Of a DNA stretch of 64,000 bases, positions 38,549 through 48,388 are shown piece after piece (position 1 is the first letter of the stretch; the number at the start of each line of letters is the position of its first letter). The notes below the pieces were generated by a model. It was not told the origin of the DNA. It worked only from the letters and a program-made list of their open reading frames with translations, and ran no database searches. The stretch is from a virus. Taxonomy: Duplodnaviria > Heunggongvirae > Uroviricota > Caudoviricetes. Made by a program: the position numbers and the translations under genes. Where the stretch lies: IMG/VR virus record IMGVR_UViG_3300033074_000580, positions 31,270 to 95,269 of that record. One strand, given 5' to 3'.

Positions 38549-39331
38549 ATGAAAAATATCACAGTAATCCTACCCGTTCATAAGTTAGATGACGATTATA
38601 GGGAAATGTTAAATAAAGCAATAGAATCTACTGAAGATTTTCATAATGATGTAAAGATATCCATTGTTTGTCCTGAAAATGTAAAAAAACAATTAGGGGA
38701 CTTATCTTCTGATAAGTTAGAAATTAACATTGTAGTTAATAAAAATGAAACCGACTTCTGTTCTCAAGTCAATTTAGGTATTGAAAAATGTGACACGGAA
38801 TGGTTTACAATTTTAGAAATCGATGATGAATTCAAACCTATTTGGTTAAAATCAATAAACGAGTATGTTAAAATATATCCTGATGTTGATGTGTTTTTAC
38901 CAATAGTGAAAGATATAAACACCGATGGTAAATTTGTTAGTTTTACTAACGAATCTGCATGGGCATATGGATTTACAGAAATTCAAGGATTCATCGATAA
39001 TGAGGTTTTATTAGAATTCCAAAACTATCAAATTAGTGGAGGTTTATATAGAACAAACAAAATTAAAGATAATGGTTCCTTAAAGAGTAATATTAAATTA
39101 ACCTTTGGTTATGAGTTTTTATTGAGATTAACACACAACGGAGTAAAGGTATTAACTGTACCAAGAGTTGGTTATCAACACGTTAATTTAAGAGAAGATT
39201 CATTATTTTGGATTTATAAAAACAATGAAGATAGTAAACTTTCAGAGAAAGAAGTTAAATTTTGGCTCGACACCGCGAAAAAAGAATTTTTCTTTAAAAA
39301 TAAACGAGATGTAAATTATACAGAAGCGTAA
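38549..39331 (+). CDS. Glycosyltransferase, family 2-like (GT-A)
   Basis: ITVILPVH, VNLGIEKCDTEWFTILEIDD and EFLLRL motifs. Confidence 0.8.
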   Translation: MKNITVILPVHKLDDDYREMLNKAIESTEDFHNDVKISIVCPENVKKQLGDLSSDKLEINIVVNKNETDFCSQVNLGIEKCDTEWFTILEIDDEFKPIWLKSINEYVKIYPDVDVFLPIVKDINTDGKFVSFTNESAWAYGFTEIQGFIDNEVLLEFQNYQISGGLYRTNKIKDNGSLKSNIKLTFGYEFLLRLTHNGVKVLTVPRVGYQHVNLREDSLFWIYKNNEDSKLSEKEVKFWLDTAKKEFFFKNKRDVNYTEA

Positions 39332-40033
39332 ATGCCAAGAAAAAGAACCCAAAAAATTTATTTTGGGGAGGACCAAGAACAAGCGGTAGTAAGATACTTA
39401 GAATCTGATTCCGATGATGAAAGAAATAAGATATTCAATGAATATTTAAGAGAACCCCTAATAATAATGGTCGAATCAATTATTCGACGTTATAAATTGT
39501 ATAGAAAAGACTTAGAATTTGAAGAAATCCATAACGATACCATGTCGTTTTTGATTACCAAGATTAGTAAGTTTGACCATACTAAAAACCATAAGGCATA
39601 TTCATATTTTGGTACAATCTGTAAAAACTACCTAATGGGTGCAATACAGAAAGACACAAAAGAACAGAATAGACAAGTTTCATACGATGACATTTCCTCA
39701 GATATTGAGGAAAATCGTCCTGATTTGTCATATGTTATTGATGAATATGTAATCGATTATAGAGATGTTATTATTAAACTTACCATCGATTTAGAAGAAT
39801 TTGTTGAGAATGAGGATTTAACTGAAAATGAACAAAAATTGGGTTACGCCCTATTGGAAATCTTCAATAATTTCGATAAAATCTTCCAAGTAGGTGACGG
39901 TAATAAATTTAATAAAAACCTTATCCTGTTATCTTTAAGGGAAATGACTTCCCTCTCAACTAAAGAAATTAGAGTATCGTTAAAAAGATTTAAAAAATTG
40001 TATGACGGTATTATGGGTGGGTTTTTAGAATAA
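39332..40033 (+). CDS. Late-transcription sigma factor (T4 gp55-like)
   Basis: KFDHTKNHKAYSYFGTICKNY, a region-2-like motif. Confidence 0.65.
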   Translation: MPRKRTQKIYFGEDQEQAVVRYLESDSDDERNKIFNEYLREPLIIMVESIIRRYKLYRKDLEFEEIHNDTMSFLITKISKFDHTKNHKAYSYFGTICKNYLMGAIQKDTKEQNRQVSYDDISSDIEENRPDLSYVIDEYVIDYRDVIIKLTIDLEEFVENEDLTENEQKLGYALLEIFNNFDKIFQVGDGNKFNKNLILLSLREMTSLSTKEIRVSLKRFKKLYDGIMGGFLE

Positions 40034-40047
40034 ATCTATTTATTGGT

Positions 40048-40428
40048 ATGAGAGAGAAAAGAAATTTGATTTCCTTGGAAGTCGACTCTGCATTATCCTT
40101 AATGCAAGAGATTTACAACGATATTGTAGAACAAAAAAATACCGCGTCTATGATAACTAAAAAGATGTTATCTTTCATGAAAGACGCAGAGGACATGAGT
40201 GTTATTGGTCCCGTTATTAAAGAACAACAAAAAATACTTAACGATTGTACTGAGAAGAAAATCTCCTTAGTTAAACTACAGGGTGTGTTATTAAAACAAA
40301 CACAATCCGCTGCGGGTGGTAAAGGTGCACCTATGGGTAAATTAACGTTGTCTGACGAAGATAGAGAAATATTGGATAAGTTGATGAATGATACTTCAGA
40401 TAATAAATCTAACAATTATAAACTATAA
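40048..40428 (+). CDS. Helical hypothetical protein (possible small terminase subunit)
   Basis: 126 aa coiled-coil ORF with a late motif 3 nt upstream; the function is a guess. Confidence 0.4.
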   Translation: MREKRNLISLEVDSALSLMQEIYNDIVEQKNTASMITKKMLSFMKDAEDMSVIGPVIKEQQKILNDCTEKKISLVKLQGVLLKQTQSAAGGKGAPMGKLTLSDEDREILDKLMNDTSDNKSNNYKL

Positions 40429-42359
40429 TGTCCAATAAGATTAAAGAAACCAGAAAGAAGATTAAAAGCAAAGTCGAGGCCATTAAAAGGAGTAAAGACA
40501 ATGCAAAAAAAGACGTCCAAAAGTTTATCGATGGGTATGAAAGTAAAGCACTACACGGTGCAGAAGACCTATCAAAAACACTTTCTGATTTTGTTTCTAA
40601 AAAATCAAAAAAACTTGAAAATGGAGCTAATCGTGCCGGTGACGTTTTTTCAGATTTAATCGATACTATTGAGGGTTTCTTAAATGGTAAAGGATTAAAA
40701 GTTGAACCGACGGATAGATTATTTACAAAACAAAGATTAAGACAAATAACCAACGAATCGGCAAATGCTACATTAAAATCTGCTCAACAAATAATACTTG
40801 AGGCGGCACAAAAAATATTATTTGCGGGTGACGGTATCTGTGGTACAAATACCACGTTTGGTGCAACTACAAGTATCACTTTAAGTCCAAAAGAATTTGA
40901 TTTCATGAACATATTAACAATTTCACCAACAACTTGTTCGGGAAAAATTGTATATGAACCAGTATCACCAAATAAAGGATACGTAAAAATGAATCGAAGT
41001 TTATACAATACTTTTAGTGGAAATACACAAACATTCAATTCCGTTAACGGTAATAAATTGTTTGATTTATTATGGAGTGGAGATACCCAACAATATGTGG
41101 TTAGTGGATTAGGTACGAGTTCAAATAGTATAAAAACATTTTTAACGGATTATTATTCGTCAATTGAACCTGTCGATTTTAGTGGTGTGACAAAAACCGC
41201 AATTTATTTAACATTACACGGGTGTGGGGATGAACCACCTCTTTTTGATAAAGGTTGGAACGATTTAAACCGTTTATTACAAAAATTATGTGCATTATGC
41301 GGTAATCCAAGTAATGGTAAAATACCAAACGCCACAAGTGAATTTAACGAAAATGACGAAGATATCCAATCATATTTTAATTTTGATGATGTTGAAGGTA
41401 TTGATTTAGATGATGAAAAAGACAGATTAGATAAGGTATTAAAATTTAGAGATTGTAATAACTTTAAAGTTCCTGTTAATTCATCTCATTTTGAAGATTT
41501 TGTCGATGACGATGGTAATTTAAACGATGCGGTAAATGATGCTTTATTAAATTCTGCAATGGATGCACATAACCAATCTGATGGTAATATACCACCAGAT
41601 AATTTTCATTTAACATTGTTAAATACTTTTATCTTAAATCTACCTAAAGCACTAATAGGTTCGGTATTATCCCCAAAATTCTTTTTACCGATTATTATAA
41701 TTTACAAAGTTGTTGTAGCGGGAGTTGGTGCGGCAATTAAAAGTGCGAAAGAAATTATGAAAGTGTTATGGAAACTATTCTATTACGTTATTACAAAATT
41801 ACTTTGGAAATTTATATCCGAATTTTGGAAAAGAGTTAAAAGAGATTTGTTGTTATTTTTAGTTGATATTGCGGCAACGATATTAGGTAACAAGACCAAG
41901 AGATATCGTAAAATGTTACTTGCACTTATTGCTATTTTAACAAAAATTTTAGAAAATGGTTTAGATAACTGTAAAGACCTATATGAAATGATAAACCTAT
42001 CTATTGATTTGGCATTATCAGGTTTGGGTGGTGGTCTTAACGGTGGGTTTTCATCTAGTGGGATTAGTGCATTTATGTTACCTTTCTTTTTAAAGAAACC
42101 GGGTTATAGTGAGGATAGAGCAACAATAAATGCGATACAAAAAATGGAAGAAAAAGGATTATCAACAGCACCAATATTTGGTGAACCGAATAATCTTATA
42201 AAATTTGTTCAATCAGTAATTGAAGGTCATACTGAAGAAATGGATAATAGTTCATATGTTGCGGTTGGTAATAAAGAAGTTGTAATACCTGTACCTGGAT
42301 TATCAGGACCATTGGTTATACCACCGGGAGTTATTTTAAGTGGAGGAGGTACTTTTTAA
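40428..42359 (+). CDS. Hypothetical virion-associated protein with hydrophobic helices
   Basis: 643 aa; precedes the gp5-like gene; contains SGNT, SGDT and SGVT motifs. Confidence 0.5.
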   Translation: MSNKIKETRKKIKSKVEAIKRSKDNAKKDVQKFIDGYESKALHGAEDLSKTLSDFVSKKSKKLENGANRAGDVFSDLIDTIEGFLNGKGLKVEPTDRLFTKQRLRQITNESANATLKSAQQIILEAAQKILFAGDGICGTNTTFGATTSITLSPKEFDFMNILTISPTTCSGKIVYEPVSPNKGYVKMNRSLYNTFSGNTQTFNSVNGNKLFDLLWSGDTQQYVVSGLGTSSNSIKTFLTDYYSSIEPVDFSGVTKTAIYLTLHGCGDEPPLFDKGWNDLNRLLQKLCALCGNPSNGKIPNATSEFNENDEDIQSYFNFDDVEGIDLDDEKDRLDKVLKFRDCNNFKVPVNSSHFEDFVDDDGNLNDAVNDALLNSAMDAHNQSDGNIPPDNFHLTLLNTFILNLPKALIGSVLSPKFFLPIIIIYKVVVAGVGAAIKSAKEIMKVLWKLFYYVITKLLWKFISEFWKRVKRDLLLFLVDIAATILGNKTKRYRKMLLALIAILTKILENGLDNCKDLYEMINLSIDLALSGLGGGLNGGFSSSGISAFMLPFFLKKPGYSEDRATINAIQKMEEKGLSTAPIFGEPNNLIKFVQSVIEGHTEEMDNSSYVAVGNKEVVIPVPGLSGPLVIPPGVILSGGGTF

Positions 42360-42360
42360 T

Positions 42361-42561
42361 ATGGATAAAGAGAAACTAATTGAAATAGCAAAAGATGTAA
42401 AAAATAAATCTAATAAAGATTTATTTATTGTTGTTAATGAACTATATGGTGAATTTGAAAACACAAAAAAACTTATTGTTGATTTAACAAGACATTTAGA
42501 AAGTGTTGAATCACTTTATAATGAAGTTAATTTAGAAATAGAAAAAAGAATTAAAAAATGA
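42361..42561 (+). CDS. Small coiled-coil hypothetical protein
   Basis: ORF starting MDKEKL. Confidence 0.5.
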   Translation: MDKEKLIEIAKDVKNKSNKDLFIVVNELYGEFENTKKLIVDLTRHLESVESLYNEVNLEIEKRIKK

Positions 42562-44120
42562 GTGATAATTCGACAAGAATAATTGAGTTAGGTATTTGTA
42601 TTGATAACAAAGACCCATTAGGATTAGGTAGAATTCGTGTACAAACCTTTAGTGGTGGTGCGGGTCCTGCTGCTCAAGCATTTAAGTACGAACCATGGGA
42701 TGAAAAAGACCCATTTATTGCATTACCCTTTTTACCTCAAAATATTAACTACATTCCGTTAGAAAAACAATCTGTAAAAATTATAAATTACGACCCTGTT
42801 AAAGATATTGTTAATCGTGAATACATTTCAGGTCCTTTCACAACAATACATGATTTTAACAATCAAGTTTTTTCTTCACAAACAAAACATACAACATACG
42901 GAGGTGCAGATAAAGAATCACCAAAAATCGTTAATCAAAATGACGGTGAAATAATTGACGGGTTTGCTAAATCATCAATTGCAAAATATGAAGATTATGC
43001 AATTTATGGTAAAAATGGTTCCGATATTATCCTTACCGAAAATGGTGTCTCTATTAGAGGAGGTAAATTTTTACCTAAAACAATGTTGAATAAAATTTGG
43101 ACTCCGAATATTAGTAACAAACCATATATGTCTGAAAAATCTGCAAATTTATATTTGAAAAAATTTGACGATTTAAGAGAAGAATATTACGAAAATGTAA
43201 CTGAAGTTGTTGTTGAATCTAGGTCACTTAAATCGATTATTGAATATGATATAAGTAAATTTGACGGTAGTGACTCTGTAATAAACTTTTATGTTTATTT
43301 AATCAAAGGTGCAACAGATTCAACCAAAACCGCATACGGTAATATCTACAACACCGATAACCCTAATTTGTCGACAGTTCCTCTATATGATAATGTTACA
43401 CAATTGATTACAACCGGTTCAACATATACATTTAGTTTTACGGTATATGATTTATTATCAAACGGTGTTACGGGAATTTATAAAAAAATTAGAAAAACTT
43501 TAAAAAATATACACACAAAACTATCTTTAAATCATATCGATAGTTCATTACCATTTAAGGACGAAGATTTACATCCGTTCTATTTTAGACCAACGGTTGA
43601 ATGTGCAACAAGAACTGGATTAAATCAGAGTGAGATTAACAATAGAGTTGAAATTTTTAATAATATTGTTGTTGCAACGGGTGTTGGACCTAAATCTGGT
43701 TTGGTTTATTCTAAATATTCATTAAACCCACCAATAAAGACAGTAACAAAAAATGTAAGAAAAGTAAAAATTACTCCTCGTAAAGAACAAACTTATTCCG
43801 CATTAAAATCGGATAAAATTTACCTTTTATCGACAACCTCAACACCTCCAACAAATGAATTGAGTATTGATAATAAAAAATTAAATCCATACGAACTTAC
43901 TCATGAAAACTATACTGATGATATTAACCCACATACATATGCGACGGTTAGGGGAGATAAGTTAGTTGAGTTGATTGAATCTATTGTTAATTTAATTTAC
44001 AGTCACCAACACAATGTTGTAGGACCACCAGTACCAACTGACCCGAATTACATACGTTTACAGGTTTTAATGTCATCAATCAAGAAAGATATTTTAAATG
44101 ACCAAATTAGAATCAACTAA
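42558..44120 (+). CDS. Baseplate central spike protein (T4 gp5/VgrG OB-fold)
   Basis: GICIDNKDPLGLGRIRV N-terminus; C-terminal HQH metal-binding tip motif. Confidence 0.75.
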   Translation: MSDNSTRIIELGICIDNKDPLGLGRIRVQTFSGGAGPAAQAFKYEPWDEKDPFIALPFLPQNINYIPLEKQSVKIINYDPVKDIVNREYISGPFTTIHDFNNQVFSSQTKHTTYGGADKESPKIVNQNDGEIIDGFAKSSIAKYEDYAIYGKNGSDIILTENGVSIRGGKFLPKTMLNKIWTPNISNKPYMSEKSANLYLKKFDDLREEYYENVTEVVVESRSLKSIIEYDISKFDGSDSVINFYVYLIKGATDSTKTAYGNIYNTDNPNLSTVPLYDNVTQLITTGSTYTFSFTVYDLLSNGVTGIYKKIRKTLKNIHTKLSLNHIDSSLPFKDEDLHPFYFRPTVECATRTGLNQSEINNRVEIFNNIVVATGVGPKSGLVYSKYSLNPPIKTVTKNVRKVKITPRKEQTYSALKSDKIYLLSTTSTPPTNELSIDNKKLNPYELTHENYTDDINPHTYATVRGDKLVELIESIVNLIYSHQHNVVGPPVPTDPNYIRLQVLMSSIKKDILNDQIRIN

Positions 44121-44143
44121 TTTGATATTTATAAAATAAAAAG

Positions 44144-45535
44144 ATGTCATATTTTCGTTCATATTTTGAAAAAAATAATACTATAATTAAGAATAGTCAG
44201 GTTAATACATCAAAAAACCCGACTACCGAGATATTCTACGGCTCAGGATTTTCTAAATTTTTATTTAAATTAGACCTTTCAGACTTACAAACTAAAGTCG
44301 ATAATGGTGAACTTGTTATAAATTCAGGTACAACCCATAAATTAAAAATGACTAATACCATTTTTGGTGATGAAGGGTTAAGAGGTCAAAATAGAAGTAC
44401 TGGTAGAAATAGAGCAACATCATTTAATTTAATCTTATTTAAAGTTCCTGAATTTTGGGACGAGGGTGTTGGTTTTGACTACGAACAACAAAGTTACGAT
44501 TTTACCGCAGGAAACAATACATTTGATGAGAGACCATCCAACTGGTTTAATAGAACTACAATTGACGAATGGACTAGTCAAGGTGTTTATGCAACTGACC
44601 CAATTATAATATCGGGTTCGACACATACAGATGGTTTAATACATTTTGATAACGGTAACGAGAATTTAGATGTTGACATTACTGATTATGTTAACGGTAT
44701 ATTGATTTCGGGTGATACAAACCATGGATTAGGATTAGCGTTTGCGGTTATCTATCAAGATATTACACCTGAAGTTGACCAATCAGTTGCGTTTTTTACT
44801 AAGTACACACAAACATTCTTTGAACCTTATTTAGAAACGATATTTGACGATAGAATTAACGATAATAGACATAATTTTATCGAGAAACAAGACCAAAATT
44901 TATACCTTTATGTAACTAAAGGAACCAATTTTTATGATTTAGATACATTACCAACTGTTGATATTTTAAATGGTACTACAGTTATTGATGGTTTATCTGA
45001 CATTGAGGCGGTTAAGGTAAGAAAGGGAATATATAAGATTACCTTTGGATTGGATGGTGTTACTTGTGATGGTAAAAGATTTTTCACAGATAAATGGAAA
45101 GGATTGTCGTTAGATGGTGTTTCTATTTCTGATGTATCTCAAAAGTTTATACCTAAACCATATACGTCTCTTTTTACTGTGGGTGAAAATCAAACAGAAT
45201 TACAAAGATATTCAATCCAATTTTTCGGGTTGAAACAAAGTGAAAAAATATTAAGGGGAGAAAAAAGAAAAGTTGTGGTAACATTTAGGTCAATAAATAA
45301 TCCTAAAAATGTTCTTTTTGATGAAGTTTTCTATAGAATGTATGTTAAAGAAGGTAGAACGGAAGTAATCGTACACGATTGGACTCAATTAGATGTAACA
45401 AATGAAAACTCTTTTACTTTTGACACATCATATATGATTCCTAGAGAATATATTATCGAAATAAAAGCAAAAACACATACAGAAGAAATCTTCTATAACG
45501 ATGAGATTAAATTTGAGATAGTCTCCGAAAAATAA
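44144..45535 (+). CDS. Virion structural protein
   Basis: 463 aa beta-rich ORF (W.EG.G, VDITDYV, FFTKYTQTFFEPYL) with a late motif at 44126-44133. Confidence 0.55.
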   Translation: MSYFRSYFEKNNTIIKNSQVNTSKNPTTEIFYGSGFSKFLFKLDLSDLQTKVDNGELVINSGTTHKLKMTNTIFGDEGLRGQNRSTGRNRATSFNLILFKVPEFWDEGVGFDYEQQSYDFTAGNNTFDERPSNWFNRTTIDEWTSQGVYATDPIIISGSTHTDGLIHFDNGNENLDVDITDYVNGILISGDTNHGLGLAFAVIYQDITPEVDQSVAFFTKYTQTFFEPYLETIFDDRINDNRHNFIEKQDQNLYLYVTKGTNFYDLDTLPTVDILNGTTVIDGLSDIEAVKVRKGIYKITFGLDGVTCDGKRFFTDKWKGLSLDGVSISDVSQKFIPKPYTSLFTVGENQTELQRYSIQFFGLKQSEKILRGEKRKVVVTFRSINNPKNVLFDEVFYRMYVKEGRTEVIVHDWTQLDVTNENSFTFDTSYMIPREYIIEIKAKTHTEEIFYNDEIKFEIVSEK

Positions 45536-45549
45536 AACTATTTATTGAT

Positions 45550-46011
45550 ATGAAAAATATAAGTGAGTTAATTAAGAAACATTTAAATAATATTGTGAAA
45601 GAACAAGAAGAATCACATATTTCGGAAGACGGTACTTACATGGTTCTAACAAACCTTGTAAAAATAAAAGATGACATTGAAACAATTTTATCTTTTAAAC
45701 ATCAAACCGATTTCCCAAAATTAGTTACGGGCGAACATGCTTGGGCTGGTGACCATATAACAACATCTGCAGATGATATTGAAGAAGTTGCTAATTTTAT
45801 AAAAGGTTATTTTGAACAAAAAAATCTTTCAGAATCAGAGAAAAAAAGTCATAAACTTTGTTCTCGTGGTATATCTGCAGCAAAGTCTAAGTTTAAAGTT
45901 TATCCATCGGCATATGCAAATGGATATGCTGTACAAGTATGTAAAGGTAAAATAAAGGGATTAGACGGTAAAAAACACTGCTCAGGTTCATACTGTTCAG
46001 GTAAGAAATAA
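45550..46011 (+). CDS. Probable internal head protein with a C-terminal Cys-rich basic module
   Basis: LCSRGISAAKSKFKVYPSAYANGYAVQVCKG module after LSE. Confidence 0.55.
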   Translation: MKNISELIKKHLNNIVKEQEESHISEDGTYMVLTNLVKIKDDIETILSFKHQTDFPKLVTGEHAWAGDHITTSADDIEEVANFIKGYFEQKNLSESEKKSHKLCSRGISAAKSKFKVYPSAYANGYAVQVCKGKIKGLDGKKHCSGSYCSGKK

Positions 46012-46012
46012 T

Positions 46013-46774
46013 ATGAAAATACAAGTAAACGAACAGGATTTACAATACATTAAATTATCACTTAAAAATGGTGAAGTAATCCAAGAAGATTTAGGTAGAT
46101 GGTTTAAAGAAAAATGGGTGGATGTGAGTCGTAAAATTGATGGTAAACATCCGCCATGTGGTCGTAGTAGTGCTGATGGTGAAAAAGGTAGAAAGGCTTA
46201 TCCTAAATGTAGACCATCAAAAAAAGTGTCAAAAGACACCCCTAAAATTGCATCTTCATATGATAAAAAAGAAAAGAAGGCAATGACCTCTCAGAAAAGA
46301 AGAGCGGAAAAAAAAGACCCTAAAATTGGTAAGGGTAATAAACCAACAATGACTAAATTTGATGAAAATATGGAAAAAAGAAAAGTTATTCAAATTTCCG
46401 AAGAACAATTTAAAAGATTATTCGAGTATAACGAAGAAATACCTGTATTGATTTATGAGGATGAAGACGGTTCGGTAGAAAATACTAACTTTGAATCTAA
46501 CGGATTATTAAATGAAGCCGAATATCAAGGGCGTAAAGTCCAACTTGGAAAAATCATGCAAGGTGATATTAAAAAATTTAAAGTGTACGTCAAGAACGAT
46601 AAGGGTAAAGTGGTTAAAGTAAATTTTGGTTTTGGAGGTAAATCTGCGAAAGGAAAGAGAATGGTTATTAAGAAAAATAATCCTAAAAGACGTAAATCGT
46701 TCAGAGCTAGACATAATTGTGAAAATCCAGGACCACGTTGGAAACCAAGATATTGGGCTTGTAAAACTTGGTAA
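46013..46774 (+). CDS. Probable internal head polyprotein with two basic Cys/Trp modules
   Basis: DLGRWFKEKWVD..PPCGR..YPKCRP and AEYQGRKV..VNFG..RRKSFRARHNC..YWACKTW, separated by an acidic linker. Confidence 0.6.
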   Translation: MKIQVNEQDLQYIKLSLKNGEVIQEDLGRWFKEKWVDVSRKIDGKHPPCGRSSADGEKGRKAYPKCRPSKKVSKDTPKIASSYDKKEKKAMTSQKRRAEKKDPKIGKGNKPTMTKFDENMEKRKVIQISEEQFKRLFEYNEEIPVLIYEDEDGSVENTNFESNGLLNEAEYQGRKVQLGKIMQGDIKKFKVYVKNDKGKVVKVNFGFGGKSAKGKRMVIKKNNPKRRKSFRARHNCENPGPRWKPRYWACKTW

Positions 46775-46783
46775 AAAAATTAA

Positions 46784-47554
46784 ATGAATATTCAAGAAAA
46801 TATAGATAGAATAAAAAAACTAATCATCTCTGAAGGGATGGTTCAGTCTGATGCATATAAATCTTTAAAAACTACATTGGATATTCTTAAAACTAAGAAA
46901 AAAGTTTTATTACTAAGTTGCTCCAATAGATACAATTGGGACGATAAAAACATCGACATACCTAAATCTAAATTGATTGCAATGTATCTTAATGAGGAAT
47001 TAGGTGATAAATCAACATTGATAGACGTTTCAGAACTCAATATTATTCCATGTGAGGGTAATGTATCAAGAAAAGACGGGAACGGTTGTGGGGTCTTAAA
47101 ATCAAAATTAAAGGATAAAGAAAAAAATCCATCAGGACACCATAGATGTTGGGCTAGTTTTAACGACCCTAAGGATGAACTATGGAAAGTAAGTAAGGAA
47201 TTATTTGAGTCAGATGCGGTTATATTTTTCAGTTCTATCAGATGGGGACAGACAAATATGTTTTATCAAAATTTAATTGAACGTTTAACTTGGATTGAAA
47301 ATAGACACTCTACCCTAAATGAATCTAATTTAGTTAAAAACATAGAAACAGGATTTATTTGTGTCGGACAAAATTGGAACGGTAAAAACGTTAATGAATT
47401 ACAAAAAAAGGTTCATGAATTTTATGGGTTCAAAATAAATAATGATTTATATTGGAATTGGCAATACACTAAAGATATGAATGATGAATCTGAAAAATCC
47501 TATAAAGATTCACATAAAAAATTCATCAAAGACACTAAAATCGACAATCTTTAG
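46784..47554 (+). CDS. NAD(P)H-dependent FMN reductase / iron-sulfur flavoprotein-like protein
   Basis: VLLLSCSNR, IIPCEG...C...RCWAS and SDAVIFFSSIRWG..QNLIERL motifs. Confidence 0.75.
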   Translation: MNIQENIDRIKKLIISEGMVQSDAYKSLKTTLDILKTKKKVLLLSCSNRYNWDDKNIDIPKSKLIAMYLNEELGDKSTLIDVSELNIIPCEGNVSRKDGNGCGVLKSKLKDKEKNPSGHHRCWASFNDPKDELWKVSKELFESDAVIFFSSIRWGQTNMFYQNLIERLTWIENRHSTLNESNLVKNIETGFICVGQNWNGKNVNELQKKVHEFYGFKINNDLYWNWQYTKDMNDESEKSYKDSHKKFIKDTKIDNL

Positions 47555-47991
47555 TAAAAATATACTTGAACATTACATTCGTTTAAAAGTTGTAAGGATT
47601 TCATTTGTGATTCCTCCCACTTCTCTTTATTTTTAGTCGTACATACTTGTTTACAATAAACCGTAGTGATACCACTATTTACAATTCCTCTTGCACAGTC
47701 CATACATGGTAATCCTGAAGTAAGATATATCGTAGAACCTTTTAAAGGTGTTCCCACACGTGCGGCATTATAAATTGCATTACGTTCAGCATGTTCGAAC
47801 CAGAAGTACTTTTCAGGTCTTTCCTGACGTTCTTGTTTAGAATCATCCATTCCCCTCGGAAATGAATTATAACCCGTAGAAAGGACCTCATTGTCCTCTC
47901 CGACGATAACTGCACCTATCTGTGTAGATTGGTCCTTAGATTTGAGTTTTACCTGTTCTGCAATGTTTAAAAAGTATTCTGTCCACTTCAT
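47551..47991 (-). CDS. dCMP deaminase
   Basis: SKD.STQIGAV, TGYN, HAERNAI and PCMDC motifs. Confidence 0.92.
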   Translation of the reverse strand: MKWTEYFLNIAEQVKLKSKDQSTQIGAVIVGEDNEVLSTGYNSFPRGMDDSKQERQERPEKYFWFEHAERNAIYNAARVGTPLKGSTIYLTSGLPCMDCARGIVNSGITTVYCKQVCTTKNKEKWEESQMKSLQLLNECNVQVYFY

Positions 47992-48302
47992 ATTAACTTA
48001 ATTTTTGACCAATACCATATTCTATTATCAGAATATCTTCCCAATGATTTAGCTTCTTTTTTTTCCACAAATTTACCCATTTGGATTAAATCCGAATTGT
48101 TTCGTATATCTATACCCACATTAAACCCACCATCAAATTTTTCATAAACGGTGTTACCCATAGGTGGTTCGTATTTACCCTCATCGTCAAGTTTTAATAT
48201 CTTAATCATTTCATCCTTTTTCATTTTACACTCAATACCTCGTTGGTGTATCATTTTCTCAAGGACGTCTAATCTTAATTTATTGTAATCTACTTCTGAC
48301 AT
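47988..48302 (-). CDS. Hypothetical protein with a SAP/HeH-like N-terminus
   Basis: YNKLRLDVLEKMIHQRGI...KKDEMIKIL. Confidence 0.5.
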   Translation of the reverse strand: MSEVDYNKLRLDVLEKMIHQRGIECKMKKDEMIKILKLDDEGKYEPPMGNTVYEKFDGGFNVGIDIRNNSDLIQMGKFVEKKEAKSLGRYSDNRIWYWSKIKLI

Positions 48303-48306
48303 AATG

Positions 48307-48338
48307 CAAATATAAGAAATATTCTGGAATATACCAAA
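48307..48338 (-). promoter_or_regulatory. Bacteroidota-type sigma-A promoter
   Basis: Minus strand: TTTG-N20-TATATTTG, an exact match to the -33/-7 consensus; the ATG is 4 nt downstream. Confidence 0.65.
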
Positions 48339-48341
48339 AAT

Positions 48342-48372
48342 AAAAAACCCCCGATTTCTCGAGGGTTTTTTT
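48342..48372 (-). terminator. Intrinsic terminator after the major capsid gene
   Basis: Minus strand: AAAACCCTCGA-GAAA-TCGGGGGTTTTTT. Confidence 0.8.
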
Positions 48373-48388
48373 ATTGATAATTTTAAGA

